A DNA stretch of 63,266 bases from Clostridia bacterium (GTDB lineage Bacteria > Bacillota > Clostridia > Oscillospirales > CAG-382): positions 1-63,266 of the forward strand of contig JAFOBR010000050.1 of the NCBI GenBank assembly GCA_017381715.1, read 5' to 3'. Position 1 is the first letter of the stretch. The number at the start of each line of letters is the position of its first letter. The position numbers were made by a program, and so were the translations under genes. This document shows positions 46,155 through 56,423 of the stretch, piece by piece. The notes below the pieces were generated by a model. That model was not told where the DNA came from. It did not search any database and saw only the letters and a program-made list of their open reading frames with translations.

Positions 46155-48541
46155 AGAAAACATTTTTAATTATATTTTCTTTTATCTTAATAATATCCGG
46201 AGTAAATTTCCGTGTTTTTGCCGACAATGAAGTAGTGGTGAATATAAACGAAGGCGATACGGTTTCCGGTGCGTTTGAATTCATGGCACACGGTATGGAA
46301 AATCTGCAGATAAGCATAGATGGTATCTCTATCGGTGCAGGTATAGGAAAACCTTATTTTTCATTTAAAGCCGAAGGTCTTGATTACGGTGGAGGAAATG
46401 TATATTACGGTGACGTTTCCTTAACATCTTTGCCCTCCGCCTCCGGTACCTTTAAAATGGTATTTGATGAGAATATTTTGGAAAACGGTGATGCGGCGCT
46501 GACTTATATAGCTGCATCAGGCGGATTCACTTACCCGGAATTGCCGGTATACGGTACTTATAATCTTGACGATCAATCTATCGCAAACGTTTCTGTAATT
46601 TTACCTAACGGTAAGCCCGTTGCCCCTTCTTCCGTTATCCTTTATTATCCCGTTGAAGGAACGAACCAAGTAACAGAGGTTACCGAAGAATACGACTCTT
46701 CGAAGGCTTATAACATCGGTGACGGATGGAACGCTTCCACCAACCTTGGAGGAAGTACACCCAACACCCCCATTTACGTTTCTTTTGTATTTGCGGACCT
46801 GCTTAATGAGATCAAAAACCAGACGGGATCTGTTGCGGTATTCGACACATCAACGCTTGAAGACGGAGAGCACACTTTAACCGTTACCTGCGAAGGTAAA
46901 AAAGTTAAGGAAATTAAATTCATTACCGATAACACCGGTCCGTCCATCAATTTTGATTTTAAATTCGGAACGGTTATTTACAAAGACACGGTTTTTGAAT
47001 TTTCTGCAGAAGATTTATCGGGCGAAGCAAAGATAAAAGCTGATATTGACGGTGAATTTTATCATTCCGGGCGCACACTCGAATGGATATCAGAAGGCAG
47101 ACATCTGCTCACTCTTACCGCAACGGATAAATACGGAAACAAATCAACATTTTGCACCGAATTCGTAATGTGTGATCGTGGAGACAGTATTATTAACGAA
47201 GGTATGCAAATGCAGACTTCTTCTCCCGTTATTGACGGCAGGGGAGAGGAATATACTTTCGATATAGGAAATTCAAAATATTTTGTTTTTAAATACAAGG
47301 GCTCCACTTCGGAGAACAGATCGGTATCCTTATCGGCATACGATTGGGAGGCCGAGCAGTACGTACAGATAGGAACCGCACAAAGCGGCGCCGAAACAGA
47401 AATTCGTATTGAGGATTTTAAGTATATTTCCGACGGAAAGGTTAAAATAATCGTTAAGCCCGATATATACGTTTCTGAATCGAATACCGTGGTTTGGATT
47501 ACCGATACACAATATTATTCCAATTTCGAGGATCTCAACAATGTGTATGAGTTGATACTCAATTACAGCGTTGATCTTTATAAAAATGGCAAAGCGGGAT
47601 ATCTTATTCATACCGGTGATATAGTTGATACTTACATTCCTGCAGACAAGGCACAAAGCGAATGGAGATTTGCGGATAAGATACATAAAATTCTTGATGA
47701 CGCAAATATGCCAAACGGTGTTCTTGCGGGAAATCACGATACCGGCAACACTCCCGCCGATCTATCGTATTTTACCCGATATTTCGGAAAAGGCAGATTC
47801 TTCAGAAATAATTGGTACGGCGGCAGTTTGGATAACAATTCCTGCCATTACGATCTTGTTACAATTGCAGGCACAGATTATCTGTTTTTGTTTATCAGTA
47901 ACGGTATAGAAGCTGATGAACGCACCGTCGCCTGGGCAAATGCGGTATGCAAAGCTTATCCCGACAGAGCGGTTATCCTGTGTACTCACTCTTATCTCGA
48001 TACCGACGGTACGTATGTAAGCAATCTTCAGGATGTAAATGCATACAACCATTCCCGCGCAAAAGAAATTATGGAAAACATTATCGTTCCCAATGAAAAT
48101 ATCGTCGCCGTTCTCTGCGGCCACGTTCACGGAACCTGCCGTGTTCAAAGAGATCTCGGTAACGGCAGATACGTGTGGGAAATACTTTCGGATTACCAGT
48201 ACGCAGAAACCGGTACGCCTCCCACACATACTGCAAACGGATGCGATCTTGATGGAGAAGGGTATATACGTCTCATTTCCTTTGGCGAAAACGGTAAGAT
48301 GTATCAGACCACATATTCGCCTCTCCACGATGATTATAATTTCTTTAAAGAAGAAGACGATACATTTGAAGTAACGTTACAGACAAAAGACGGCGCGGTT
48401 AAGCTTATAACAGAAACAGCAGAAATTTATTTTGAACCCGAAGCCGAATTCAATACTGCCGTATTAGTTATAATTATCGGTGCGGCATTGATCATCAGCA
48501 TAATATCCGCGCGTATAATTCGCAAAAAAAGAAAGGGGTAA
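46151..48541 (+). CDS. Secreted, C-terminally anchored metallophosphoesterase with Ig-like N-terminal region
   Basis: Signal peptide; GDIVD, GNHD, LCTHS and CGHVHG calcineurin-like motifs; C-terminal TM helix plus RKKRKG; ATGA overlap with the upstream gene. Confidence 0.8.
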   Translation: MKKTFLIIFSFILIISGVNFRVFADNEVVVNINEGDTVSGAFEFMAHGMENLQISIDGISIGAGIGKPYFSFKAEGLDYGGGNVYYGDVSLTSLPSASGTFKMVFDENILENGDAALTYIAASGGFTYPELPVYGTYNLDDQSIANVSVILPNGKPVAPSSVILYYPVEGTNQVTEVTEEYDSSKAYNIGDGWNASTNLGGSTPNTPIYVSFVFADLLNEIKNQTGSVAVFDTSTLEDGEHTLTVTCEGKKVKEIKFITDNTGPSINFDFKFGTVIYKDTVFEFSAEDLSGEAKIKADIDGEFYHSGRTLEWISEGRHLLTLTATDKYGNKSTFCTEFVMCDRGDSIINEGMQMQTSSPVIDGRGEEYTFDIGNSKYFVFKYKGSTSENRSVSLSAYDWEAEQYVQIGTAQSGAETEIRIEDFKYISDGKVKIIVKPDIYVSESNTVVWITDTQYYSNFEDLNNVYELILNYSVDLYKNGKAGYLIHTGDIVDTYIPADKAQSEWRFADKIHKILDDANMPNGVLAGNHDTGNTPADLSYFTRYFGKGRFFRNNWYGGSLDNNSCHYDLVTIAGTDYLFLFISNGIEADERTVAWANAVCKAYPDRAVILCTHSYLDTDGTYVSNLQDVNAYNHSRAKEIMENIIVPNENIVAVLCGHVHGTCRVQRDLGNGRYVWEILSDYQYAETGTPPTHTANGCDLDGEGYIRLISFGENGKMYQTTYSPLHDDYNFFKEEDDTFEVTLQTKDGAVKLITETAEIYFEPEAEFNTAVLVIIIGAALIISIISARIIRKKRKG

Positions 48542-48544
48542 TTT

Positions 48545-49870
48545 ATGATCGGACATAGTGCAATAAACGAAATAGTCAATACTTATACAGATCTTTGCGT
48601 TTCGAACACCTCTACCGATCCCTCCTTGTTTGAAAAATATGACGTTAAGCGCGGATTGAGAGATATTAACGGTGTGGGCGTTCTCACCGGCCTTACCGGT
48701 ATATCCGACGTCCGCAACGAAGGACAGCTTTTATACCGCGGAATAGATGTTAAGGATATGGTAGCGGGTTTTACCAAAGAAAACAGATTAGGTTTTGAAG
48801 AGGTAATTTATCTGCTTTTAATGGGAAAACAGCCTACCGCAGATCAGCTTAAGGAATTCAAAAAGGTATTGGCGGAATACCGGATTCTGCCCCGTAATTT
48901 TGTGCGTGACGTTGTGCTCAAAGCTCCCACCGCAGATATAATGAATGCCCTTTCCAGAGAAGTGCTTACACTTTATTCCTACGATAAAGCACCCGAGGAT
49001 GTATCTCTTTCCAACGTAATGCGCCAATGCTTACAGCTTATATCCGTATTCCCTCAGCTTGCTGTCTATTCTTTTCATTCATATAACTACAAAAAGAAAG
49101 GCAAAAGCCTTATAATCCATATTACCGATCCCCATCGTTCTATTGCCGAAGATATACTTGCATTGCTTCGTAACGATGAGCAGTATACTCCTTTGGAAGC
49201 ACAGGTGCTGGACACAGCATTGGTCCTTCACGCAGAGCACGGCGGCGGTAATAACTCCACCTTCACCACTCGAGTCGTTTCTTCTACCGGCACGGATACT
49301 TATTCTGCTATCGCTTCCTCTTTATGTTCACTTAAAGGTCCCAAGCACGGCGGTGCTTCACTTAAAGTTATGGAAATGTTTGATAACATCCGTAAAAACG
49401 TAGAAAATTGGAATGATGAAGAGGAAATACGTGAATACCTTTCCAAAATGCTGGATAAGCAGGTATTCGACCGTACAGGGCTTATTTACGGTGTAGGCCA
49501 CGCCGTGTACTCAAAAGCAGATCCCCGTGCAGAGGTATTCCGATCCTGTGTCGAATCGCTTGCCAACGAAAAAGGAAAAACAAAGGATTATAATTTGTAC
49601 CGTGCTGTAGAAAAGCACGCAATAGATCTTATATCCCGGAAGCGCCGTATATACAAGGGTGTTGTTACCAACGTGGATTTTTACAGCGGACTTGCATACA
49701 GTATGCTGGGATTGCCCAAGGAATTATATATACCCATCTTCGCAACCTCCCGTCTGGCAGGATGGTCAGCTCACAGAATGGAAGAACTTATCAACGCCAG
49801 CAAGATAATCCGTCCCGCTTATCACACCACCTGTGAAGAACAGAGCTATATTCCTCTTGCAGAAAGATAA
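48545..49870 (+). CDS. Citrate synthase
   Basis: HAEHGGGNNSTF, GPKHGGA, GYGHAVY-like (GVGHAVY) and VDFYSG motifs; 441 aa. Confidence 0.9.
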   Translation: MIGHSAINEIVNTYTDLCVSNTSTDPSLFEKYDVKRGLRDINGVGVLTGLTGISDVRNEGQLLYRGIDVKDMVAGFTKENRLGFEEVIYLLLMGKQPTADQLKEFKKVLAEYRILPRNFVRDVVLKAPTADIMNALSREVLTLYSYDKAPEDVSLSNVMRQCLQLISVFPQLAVYSFHSYNYKKKGKSLIIHITDPHRSIAEDILALLRNDEQYTPLEAQVLDTALVLHAEHGGGNNSTFTTRVVSSTGTDTYSAIASSLCSLKGPKHGGASLKVMEMFDNIRKNVENWNDEEEIREYLSKMLDKQVFDRTGLIYGVGHAVYSKADPRAEVFRSCVESLANEKGKTKDYNLYRAVEKHAIDLISRKRRIYKGVVTNVDFYSGLAYSMLGLPKELYIPIFATSRLAGWSAHRMEELINASKIIRPAYHTTCEEQSYIPLAER

Positions 49871-49873
49871 TTA

Positions 49874-49902
49874 TTGACAAGTGGTAATCCCAGTGATATA
49901 AT
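49874..49902 (+). promoter_or_regulatory. Canonical sigma-A promoter
   Basis: TTGACA 49874-49879, 17 nt, TATAAT 49897-49902. Confidence 0.7.
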
Positions 49903-49931
49903 CAAGCAAATTTTAAAAAACGAGGAACGAT

Positions 49932-50051
49932 ATGTTTATTAACACAATAGCATTTAATGTTAATAACTCCATTCAGCGCGCTTTTGCGACCAGACGTTGG
50001 CAGCATATCGCGCTTATGCCGTTATACTCGTTTTCTCGACTATTCGCATAG
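49932..50051 (+). CDS. Putative 39-codon leader peptide (MFINTIAFNVNNSIQRAFATRRWQHIALMPLYSFSRLFA)
   Basis: ATG five nt after GAGGA, 30 nt downstream of the -10; the ORF covers the antiterminator segment and stops 18 nt before the terminator stem. Confidence 0.5.
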   Translation: MFINTIAFNVNNSIQRAFATRRWQHIALMPLYSFSRLFA

Positions 50052-50069
50052 TCTTTTTGTTAAACGAAA

Positions 50070-50116
50070 ACAGCGGTATAAGCATTTGTAGTGCTTATAC
50101 CGCTGTATTTTTATTT
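50070..50116 (+). terminator. Attenuator terminator in the methyltransferase leader
   Basis: ACAGCGGTATAAGCA/TTTGTAG/TGCTTATACCGCTGT (15 bp perfect) followed by ATTTTTATTT; the RBS AGGAG follows at 50120. Confidence 0.85.
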
Positions 50117-50131
50117 ATTAGGAGTAAAATT

Positions 50132-50920
50132 ATGGATACATTTGAATCACTTACCAACTATTACAATACCAAAGATGAGCACCTTCGATTATCTACGCGC
50201 CACGGTAGCGTTGAATTTCTTACAACTGTAAGATACGTGGAAAAATACCTTTCGGAAAACCACCGCATTTTGGAGATAGGCGCCGCTACAGGCAAATATT
50301 CTCATTATTTCGCACAAAAAGGATATAAAGTAGATGCAATAGAATTAGTGCAACACAATATTGACGTGTTTAATTCATTAACCTTACCGGAAGAAAAAGT
50401 AACAGTAAGGCAAGGTAACGCTCTTGATCTCTCCCATATTCAAGACGAAACATACGATATTACGTTATTACTCGGTCCGATGTATCATTTATACACGGTT
50501 GAGGAACAATTAAAAGCTCTTTCGGAAGCCATACGCGTAACCAAACCAAAAGGAAAAATATTTGCGGCATACTGCAACACAGATATGACGGTTTATCAAT
50601 ATTGCTTCAAACGCAATATGGTAAAATACGAGCTTGACAGGGGAATGATCGAGGCAGAAACTTTCAAGCTTTATTCAACGCCGGAAGAAATATTTCAAAT
50701 GCATCGCAAAGAAGAAGTATATAAACTTACCGAACAATTTAATGTTACACGTCTTCACTATGTGGGAACGGATATGTTGACCAGATTAATTGACGAAACG
50801 GTCGATAATATGGACGATTCCACATTCGATCTGTATATGAAATACCATTTTCTTGTATGCGAAAGAGAAGATATGGTAGGTGTTACCAACCATATGCTTG
50901 ATATACTGGAAAAAAACTAA
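50132..50920 (+). CDS. Class I SAM-dependent methyltransferase (substrate unknown)
   Basis: ATG 50132 after AGGAG; ILEIGAATGKYS (motif I), VDAIELV (motif II), LLLGPMYHL; 262 aa. Confidence 0.8.
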   Translation: MDTFESLTNYYNTKDEHLRLSTRHGSVEFLTTVRYVEKYLSENHRILEIGAATGKYSHYFAQKGYKVDAIELVQHNIDVFNSLTLPEEKVTVRQGNALDLSHIQDETYDITLLLGPMYHLYTVEEQLKALSEAIRVTKPKGKIFAAYCNTDMTVYQYCFKRNMVKYELDRGMIEAETFKLYSTPEEIFQMHRKEEVYKLTEQFNVTRLHYVGTDMLTRLIDETVDNMDDSTFDLYMKYHFLVCEREDMVGVTNHMLDILEKN

Positions 50921-51375
50921 ATTATACCGTTCTGTTTCAGATATTCATCAAGAATTTCCGTGGCGGTTCTTATGCAATCAACACAGCAGACTCTTTTGGA
51001 GTAATATTCAGAAGTTCTTTCACCGGGAACGGGGGTAGTGGACTTTCCTTCTGCGCCCAGTATCTCTCTGCAGGTGTAGCTGCCGTTGATTTCGGCGAAT
51101 TTCTTTACAAGCGACTGAATGGTTGCGTAATGATCGGTCTTTGCCTTTCTGTCGTTTATATCGTCATACCCGAAAATCGCCCCCGCCGCAAGACACATGC
51201 CCAGACACGCTCCGCAGGTTTCACGTAGTCTGCTTATACCGCCGCCAAACGAAGATGCCAATCTGAAAGACGTTTTTTCGTCAAATCCGGTAATATCTCC
51301 GAAGGATGCAAACACCGCTTGAGAGCAATTTGCGCCTTTCAAGAACAGATTAACAGCAGTTTCAGAACGTTTCAT
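50917..51375 (-). CDS. C_GCAxxG_C_C family redox-associated protein
   Basis: NCSQAV...ETCGACLGMCLAAG...CCVDC pattern; ATG 51375; stop codons of the convergent genes overlap (CTAA). Confidence 0.75.
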   Translation of the reverse strand: MKRSETAVNLFLKGANCSQAVFASFGDITGFDEKTSFRLASSFGGGISRLRETCGACLGMCLAAGAIFGYDDINDRKAKTDHYATIQSLVKKFAEINGSYTCREILGAEGKSTTPVPGERTSEYYSKRVCCVDCIRTATEILDEYLKQNGII

Positions 51376-51550
51376 AACACAAAATCCTTTTAAACACATA
51401 AAATTATTAATTTAATTATACATAAAAGTAAAAATAAGTCAAATATATGTTGAAAATAATAATAAATTGTGTTATACTCTAATGTCGAGATGTTATGTGC
51501 ATCGTATTTATTAGGTTAATAAAATTTATCATATTTTTAGAGGTGTTATT

Positions 51551-52825
51551 ATGCTTACAGCAATTGCCGGTATCAACTGGGGAGACGAAGGAAAGGGGAG
51601 AATGGTTGACCTTCTCAGCGAAGACTATGATATAGTCGTTCGTTATCAGGGCGGTAACAACGCAGGTCATACCGTTGTTAACGAAAGAGGTAAATTCATA
51701 CTTAATCTTTTGCCTTCCGGTATTCTTCGCACCACCACCGTTAACGTAATGGGTAACGGTATGGTTATAGACCTTAAGCATCTTTGCGAGGAGATTGGCC
51801 GTCTTCGTGATGGCGGAATCGAAATCACTCCCGAAAATCTTAAAATAAGCGACCGCGCAGTTATCTGTATGCCTTACCACGTGCGTATGGACTGTCTTGA
51901 GGAAGAGCGCCTTGCAGACAAAAAGTTTGGTTCTACCCGCCGCGGTATTGCACCCGTATATGCAGATAAGTACTATAAAAAAGCCTTCCGTATGGGCGAT
52001 CTCAGAAACATTGCTGCTCTTGCTTCCAAGGCAGATTCCATTGCAGAGTGGAAAAACCTTACCGTAGCTTCCGGTTACGGCGATACTCCCGTAAAAGGCG
52101 AAGAGATCATTGCATATCTTCAGGAATACGGAACTCCTCTCCTTCCTCACGTTTGTGATACCGGTCTGTATCTCCACAACGCAAACGAGCATGGTAAAAA
52201 GATCATGTTCGAAGCACAGCTCGGTGCACTTCGTGATATAGATTTCGGCATATATCCTTATACCTCTTCTTCCAACACTATCGCAGGCTATGCACCCGTT
52301 GGTGCAGGCGTACCCGGTCTTAAGCTCGATTGCGTTATCGGTATTATGAAAGCATATTCCTCCTGCGTAGGTGAAGGTCCTTTCACTTGCGAAATGTTCG
52401 GTGTCGAAGCTCACAAGCTTCGTGAAGCAGGCGGAGAATACGGTGCAGCTACCGGCCGTCCCAGAAGAGTCGGCGGATTTGACGCTGTTGCTTCCCGTTA
52501 CGGCGTAAGAATGCAGGGCGCAGATGTTCTTGCTCTTACCAAAATGGACGTACTTTCCTGCTTTGATAAAATCCCCGTTTGCGTTGCTTACAAGGTTGAC
52601 GGAGAATTGGTATACGATTTCCCTGTAGGTGAAGCGCTTGACAAAGCCGAGCCCGTATACGAATATTACGAAGGCTGGGGCTGTGATATAAGCGGATGCC
52701 GTAAGTTCGACGAGCTTCCCGAAGCAGCTCAGGCTTACGTTCGCAAGATAGAAGAGCTTTCCGGTTGCCGTATTGGTTACGTTTCCGTCGGCGCAGGCAG
52801 AGAGCAGTATATCGTTTGCGAATAA
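51551..52825 (+). CDS. purA: Adenylosuccinate synthase
   Basis: GINWGDEGKGRMVD P-loop, GGNNAGHT, 424 aa. Confidence 0.95.
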   Translation: MLTAIAGINWGDEGKGRMVDLLSEDYDIVVRYQGGNNAGHTVVNERGKFILNLLPSGILRTTTVNVMGNGMVIDLKHLCEEIGRLRDGGIEITPENLKISDRAVICMPYHVRMDCLEEERLADKKFGSTRRGIAPVYADKYYKKAFRMGDLRNIAALASKADSIAEWKNLTVASGYGDTPVKGEEIIAYLQEYGTPLLPHVCDTGLYLHNANEHGKKIMFEAQLGALRDIDFGIYPYTSSSNTIAGYAPVGAGVPGLKLDCVIGIMKAYSSCVGEGPFTCEMFGVEAHKLREAGGEYGAATGRPRRVGGFDAVASRYGVRMQGADVLALTKMDVLSCFDKIPVCVAYKVDGELVYDFPVGEALDKAEPVYEYYEGWGCDISGCRKFDELPEAAQAYVRKIEELSGCRIGYVSVGAGREQYIVCE

Positions 52826-52844
52826 TTTTACGGAGTTTTTTGAA

Positions 52845-54329
52845 ATGTACAAAATTGGATTTGATAATAAAAAATATATCACTCTCCAATCCCAGCAAAT
52901 TCGTGACCGTATAAACCATTTTGGCGGAAAGCTTTATCTCGAATTCGGCGGAAAGCTTTTTGATGATTACCACGCAGCCCGTGTTCTGCCCGGATTCGAG
53001 CCGGACAGTAAGCTTCAGATGCTTCTTTCTCTCAAGGACGAAGCCGAAGTCGTTATTGTTATCTCCGCTGACGATATAGAAAAGAATAAAGTACGCGGCG
53101 ATCTCGGCATTACTTATGATGCCGAAGTGCTCCGTCTTATAGATGCATTCCGTTTGTGCGGTCTGTACGTAGGCAGCGTTGTATTTACACAATACTCTTT
53201 ACAGCCTGCCGTTGTCGCCTTTGAAAAACGCCTTGAACGGCTCGGAATCAAGACCTACCGTCATTACCGTATAGAAGGTTATCCTTCTAATACTGCGCTT
53301 ATAGTAAGCGATGAGGGTTACGGCAGAAACGATTATATAGAAACCTCTCGTTCTCTCGTTGTGGTTACCGCACCGGGGCCGGGAAGCGGTAAAATGGCTG
53401 TCTGCTTATCTCAGCTGTACCACGAGCATCGCCACGGTGTTAAGGCGGGTTATGCAAAGTTTGAAACCTTCCCCGTATGGAATTTACCTTTGCGTCATCC
53501 CGTTAATATTGCCTACGAAGCGGCAACCACCGATCTTGACGATGTTAATATGATCGACCCCTTCCATCTGGATGCATACGGAAAAACCTGCGTCAACTAT
53601 AACAGAGATATAGAAATTTTCCCTGTATTACACGCTATCTTCCAAAAAATATACGGTGAATGCCCTTATAAATCTCCCACGGATATGGGAGTAAATATGG
53701 CAGGATACTGTATCTTTGACGATGATGCGGTATGCGAAGCATCCCGTCAGGAAGTAATTCGCCGTTATTTTGCTGCTATGTGCCAGCAAAAGAAGGCTAT
53801 GGGCGATAATGACACTGTTTTCAAAAATGAGCTTTTGATGAACCGTTGCGATCTTCACGTGAGCGACAGAAATGTCGTTACCGCTGCACGCGCAAAAGCA
53901 GAGTCGACAGGTATGCCTGCGGCAGCCCTCGAATTGCCTGACGGTAAGTTGATAACCGGAAAAACTTCTGATCTTCTCGGCGCTTCCAGCGCAATGCTGC
54001 TGAATGCACTCAAACATCTCGCAGGGCTGGATGATGATCTTTTGCTTATTTCCCGAGAAATAATCGAACCCATCGCAGAGCTGAAAGTCGGTCATCTGGG
54101 CAACAGAAACCCCAGACTTCATACCGATGAGGTTTTGATCGCTCTTTCCATTTGCGCGGTTACTGATGAAAACGCAAAGAAAGCTTTGGATATGCTTTCA
54201 AAGCTCAGAAATGCAGATATGCATTCATCCGTTATACTCTCGCAGGTTGACGAAAGCTTGCTGAAAAAGCTTGGTATTAACCTTACCTGCGAACCTATAT
54301 ATCAGACAAAAAAGCTTTACCATAAATAA
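52845..54329 (+). CDS. DUF1846 (UPF0371) family protein
   Basis: ATG 52845; MYKIGFDNKKYITLQSQQIRDRI...FDDYHAARVLPGF is the typical UPF0371 N-terminus. Confidence 0.8.
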   Translation: MYKIGFDNKKYITLQSQQIRDRINHFGGKLYLEFGGKLFDDYHAARVLPGFEPDSKLQMLLSLKDEAEVVIVISADDIEKNKVRGDLGITYDAEVLRLIDAFRLCGLYVGSVVFTQYSLQPAVVAFEKRLERLGIKTYRHYRIEGYPSNTALIVSDEGYGRNDYIETSRSLVVVTAPGPGSGKMAVCLSQLYHEHRHGVKAGYAKFETFPVWNLPLRHPVNIAYEAATTDLDDVNMIDPFHLDAYGKTCVNYNRDIEIFPVLHAIFQKIYGECPYKSPTDMGVNMAGYCIFDDDAVCEASRQEVIRRYFAAMCQQKKAMGDNDTVFKNELLMNRCDLHVSDRNVVTAARAKAESTGMPAAALELPDGKLITGKTSDLLGASSAMLLNALKHLAGLDDDLLLISREIIEPIAELKVGHLGNRNPRLHTDEVLIALSICAVTDENAKKALDMLSKLRNADMHSSVILSQVDESLLKKLGINLTCEPIYQTKKLYHK

Positions 54330-54340
54330 GGAGCTGTCTT

Positions 54341-56416
54341 ATGAATAAGATTACCGAATATTTCGGCACAATGGTATTTAACGATAACGTACGTAAAGAA
54401 ATGCTTCCTCCCGAAGCTTATAAGAGCCTGCAGGAAACTATCGAAAACGGTACGAGCCTTGATATTTCTCTGGCAAACGTTGTCGCTTCCGCAATGAAAG
54501 AGTGGGCTATTGAAAAAGGCGCTACTCATTATACCCATTGGTTCCAGCCGATGACAGGTATTACCGCGGAAAAGCACGATTCCTTCTTCTCTTTGGAAAA
54601 GGGAACGGGTAAGATAATTGTCGGCTTTTCCGGTAAGGATCTTATTACAAGCGAGCCCGATGCATCATCTTTCCCTTCGGGTGGTCTCCGTGCAACCTTC
54701 GAAGCTCGTGGATGTACCGCTTGGGACCCCACGTCTGATGCGTTCGTTAAAAACGATACTCTTTATATTCCCTCCGCTTTTTGTTCTTACGGCGGTGAGT
54801 GTCTTGACAGAAAAACTCCATTGCTCCGTTCTATTCAGGCTTTGGATGTTCAGGCTAAGCGTTTGCTCAAGCACTTTGGGATAGATGCACGCCGCGTTGT
54901 TCCTATGGTTGGCGGCGAGCAGGAATATTTTCTTATAGACGAAGAGTATTACCACAAGCGTGAAGATCTTAAAATCACCGGAAAGACCTTATTTGGAGCC
55001 ACAGCTCCCAAGGGTCAGGAACTGGATGATCATTACTTTGGTGTTATTCCTTTCAAGGTTAAAAACTTTATGACAACACTTGATAGGGAATTATGGATGA
55101 GAGGCATCCCTGCAAAGACCGAACACAATGAAGCAGCACCTTGTCAGTACGAATTGGCACCCATCTTCACTGACTGTAACCGTGCTATCGACCAGAATCA
55201 GCTCACTATGGATATAATGAAAAAGGCTGCAAAAGAAAACGGACTTCGTTGTCTGCTTGCTGAAAAGCCTTTCAATTCCGTTAACGGCAGCGGTAAGCAC
55301 AACAACTGGTCTCTTTCTGCAGACGGCAAAAATCTTCTTGCTCCCGGCAAGGATATGCCCAACAACAAACTTTTCTTGTTGATGATATGTGCAGTTCTTA
55401 AAGGTGTAGATACTTATCAGGATCTTATCCGCATCTCCGTTGCTACTGCAGGAAACGATAAGCGTCTCGGCGGTTACGAAGCACCTCCCGCTATCATTTC
55501 AATATTCCTCGGCAAACGTATTACAGATGCTCTTAAATCATTTGTAAACGGTTCAAGCGTAGCTGCAGACGAAAGCCAGCAGCTTCCTTTGGGCGTTAAC
55601 GTTCTGCCCCAGTTCGCTAATGACGGCGAGGACAGAAACCGTACTTCTCCTTTTGCTTTTACCGGAAACAAGTTTGAATTCAGAATGCCCGGTTCTTCTA
55701 TGTCCATAGCGATGTGTAACACTGTTATCAATACTGTAGTTGCTGAATCTCTTTGCGAATTCGCAAACATACTCGATAACGCTGATGACGTTTCCAAAAC
55801 TATAGATTCCATTATTGCTGACACATATTATAACCACAAGCGTATTATTTTCAACGGCAACAACTATTCAGAAGAATGGGTTAGAGAAGCTGAGCGACGC
55901 GGTTTGCTCAATCTTTCCAACACCGCTATGGCGCTTCCGCACTATGTTGCCGAAAAGAACGTTAAACTCTTTGGAAAGCATGGAATACTTAACGAAAAAG
56001 AAATGCTCTCACGATATGACGTTATGCTTGACGAGTATTCAAAAACTGTTAATGTAGACGGTGCCACTATGGTACACATGGCACGCCGCCGCATTTTACC
56101 TGCAGTTTCTTCATACGTTGCTTCTGTTTGCGATAACGCAGAGAAGAAGAAAGCTATGACTCTTTCTTATCAAGTAGAATATGAGCTTGCATTAAAGCTT
56201 AATGATTGTGCCGTTTCTATTTACAATGAGTGCGAAAGTCTTTCTGTTTTGCTTGACAAGGCAAAGGACGTTTCGGACAAGCTTGAAAAAGCACAGCTTT
56301 TTGCTTCCCAGATCATTCCTTGTATGGACAGACTGCGAGCAGCCGCTGACACAGCAGAACTGTATGTTCCCAAAGACGTATGGCCTTTCCCCACATATAC
56401 CGAAATACTGCTTTAA
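54341..56416 (+). CDS. Glutamine synthetase, type III
   Basis: 691 aa; GSIII-type N-terminus and HNEAAPCQYELAP / SGKHNNWS core motifs. Confidence 0.9.
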   Translation: MNKITEYFGTMVFNDNVRKEMLPPEAYKSLQETIENGTSLDISLANVVASAMKEWAIEKGATHYTHWFQPMTGITAEKHDSFFSLEKGTGKIIVGFSGKDLITSEPDASSFPSGGLRATFEARGCTAWDPTSDAFVKNDTLYIPSAFCSYGGECLDRKTPLLRSIQALDVQAKRLLKHFGIDARRVVPMVGGEQEYFLIDEEYYHKREDLKITGKTLFGATAPKGQELDDHYFGVIPFKVKNFMTTLDRELWMRGIPAKTEHNEAAPCQYELAPIFTDCNRAIDQNQLTMDIMKKAAKENGLRCLLAEKPFNSVNGSGKHNNWSLSADGKNLLAPGKDMPNNKLFLLMICAVLKGVDTYQDLIRISVATAGNDKRLGGYEAPPAIISIFLGKRITDALKSFVNGSSVAADESQQLPLGVNVLPQFANDGEDRNRTSPFAFTGNKFEFRMPGSSMSIAMCNTVINTVVAESLCEFANILDNADDVSKTIDSIIADTYYNHKRIIFNGNNYSEEWVREAERRGLLNLSNTAMALPHYVAEKNVKLFGKHGILNEKEMLSRYDVMLDEYSKTVNVDGATMVHMARRRILPAVSSYVASVCDNAEKKKAMTLSYQVEYELALKLNDCAVSIYNECESLSVLLDKAKDVSDKLEKAQLFASQIIPCMDRLRAAADTAELYVPKDVWPFPTYTEILL

Positions 56417-56423
56417 TATTTTC

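Noticed and set aside
49997-50131. TTG-initiated 45 aa N-terminal extension of the methyltransferase
   Set aside because: The extension would be translated through a perfect 15 bp terminator hairpin and T-tract, and it lacks an RBS. ATG 50132 has AGGAG at the correct spacing, and the protein is complete from there.
51479-52882. 467 aa ORF antisense to purA
   Set aside because: purA is unambiguous. The antisense frame lacks an RBS and any recognisable domain.
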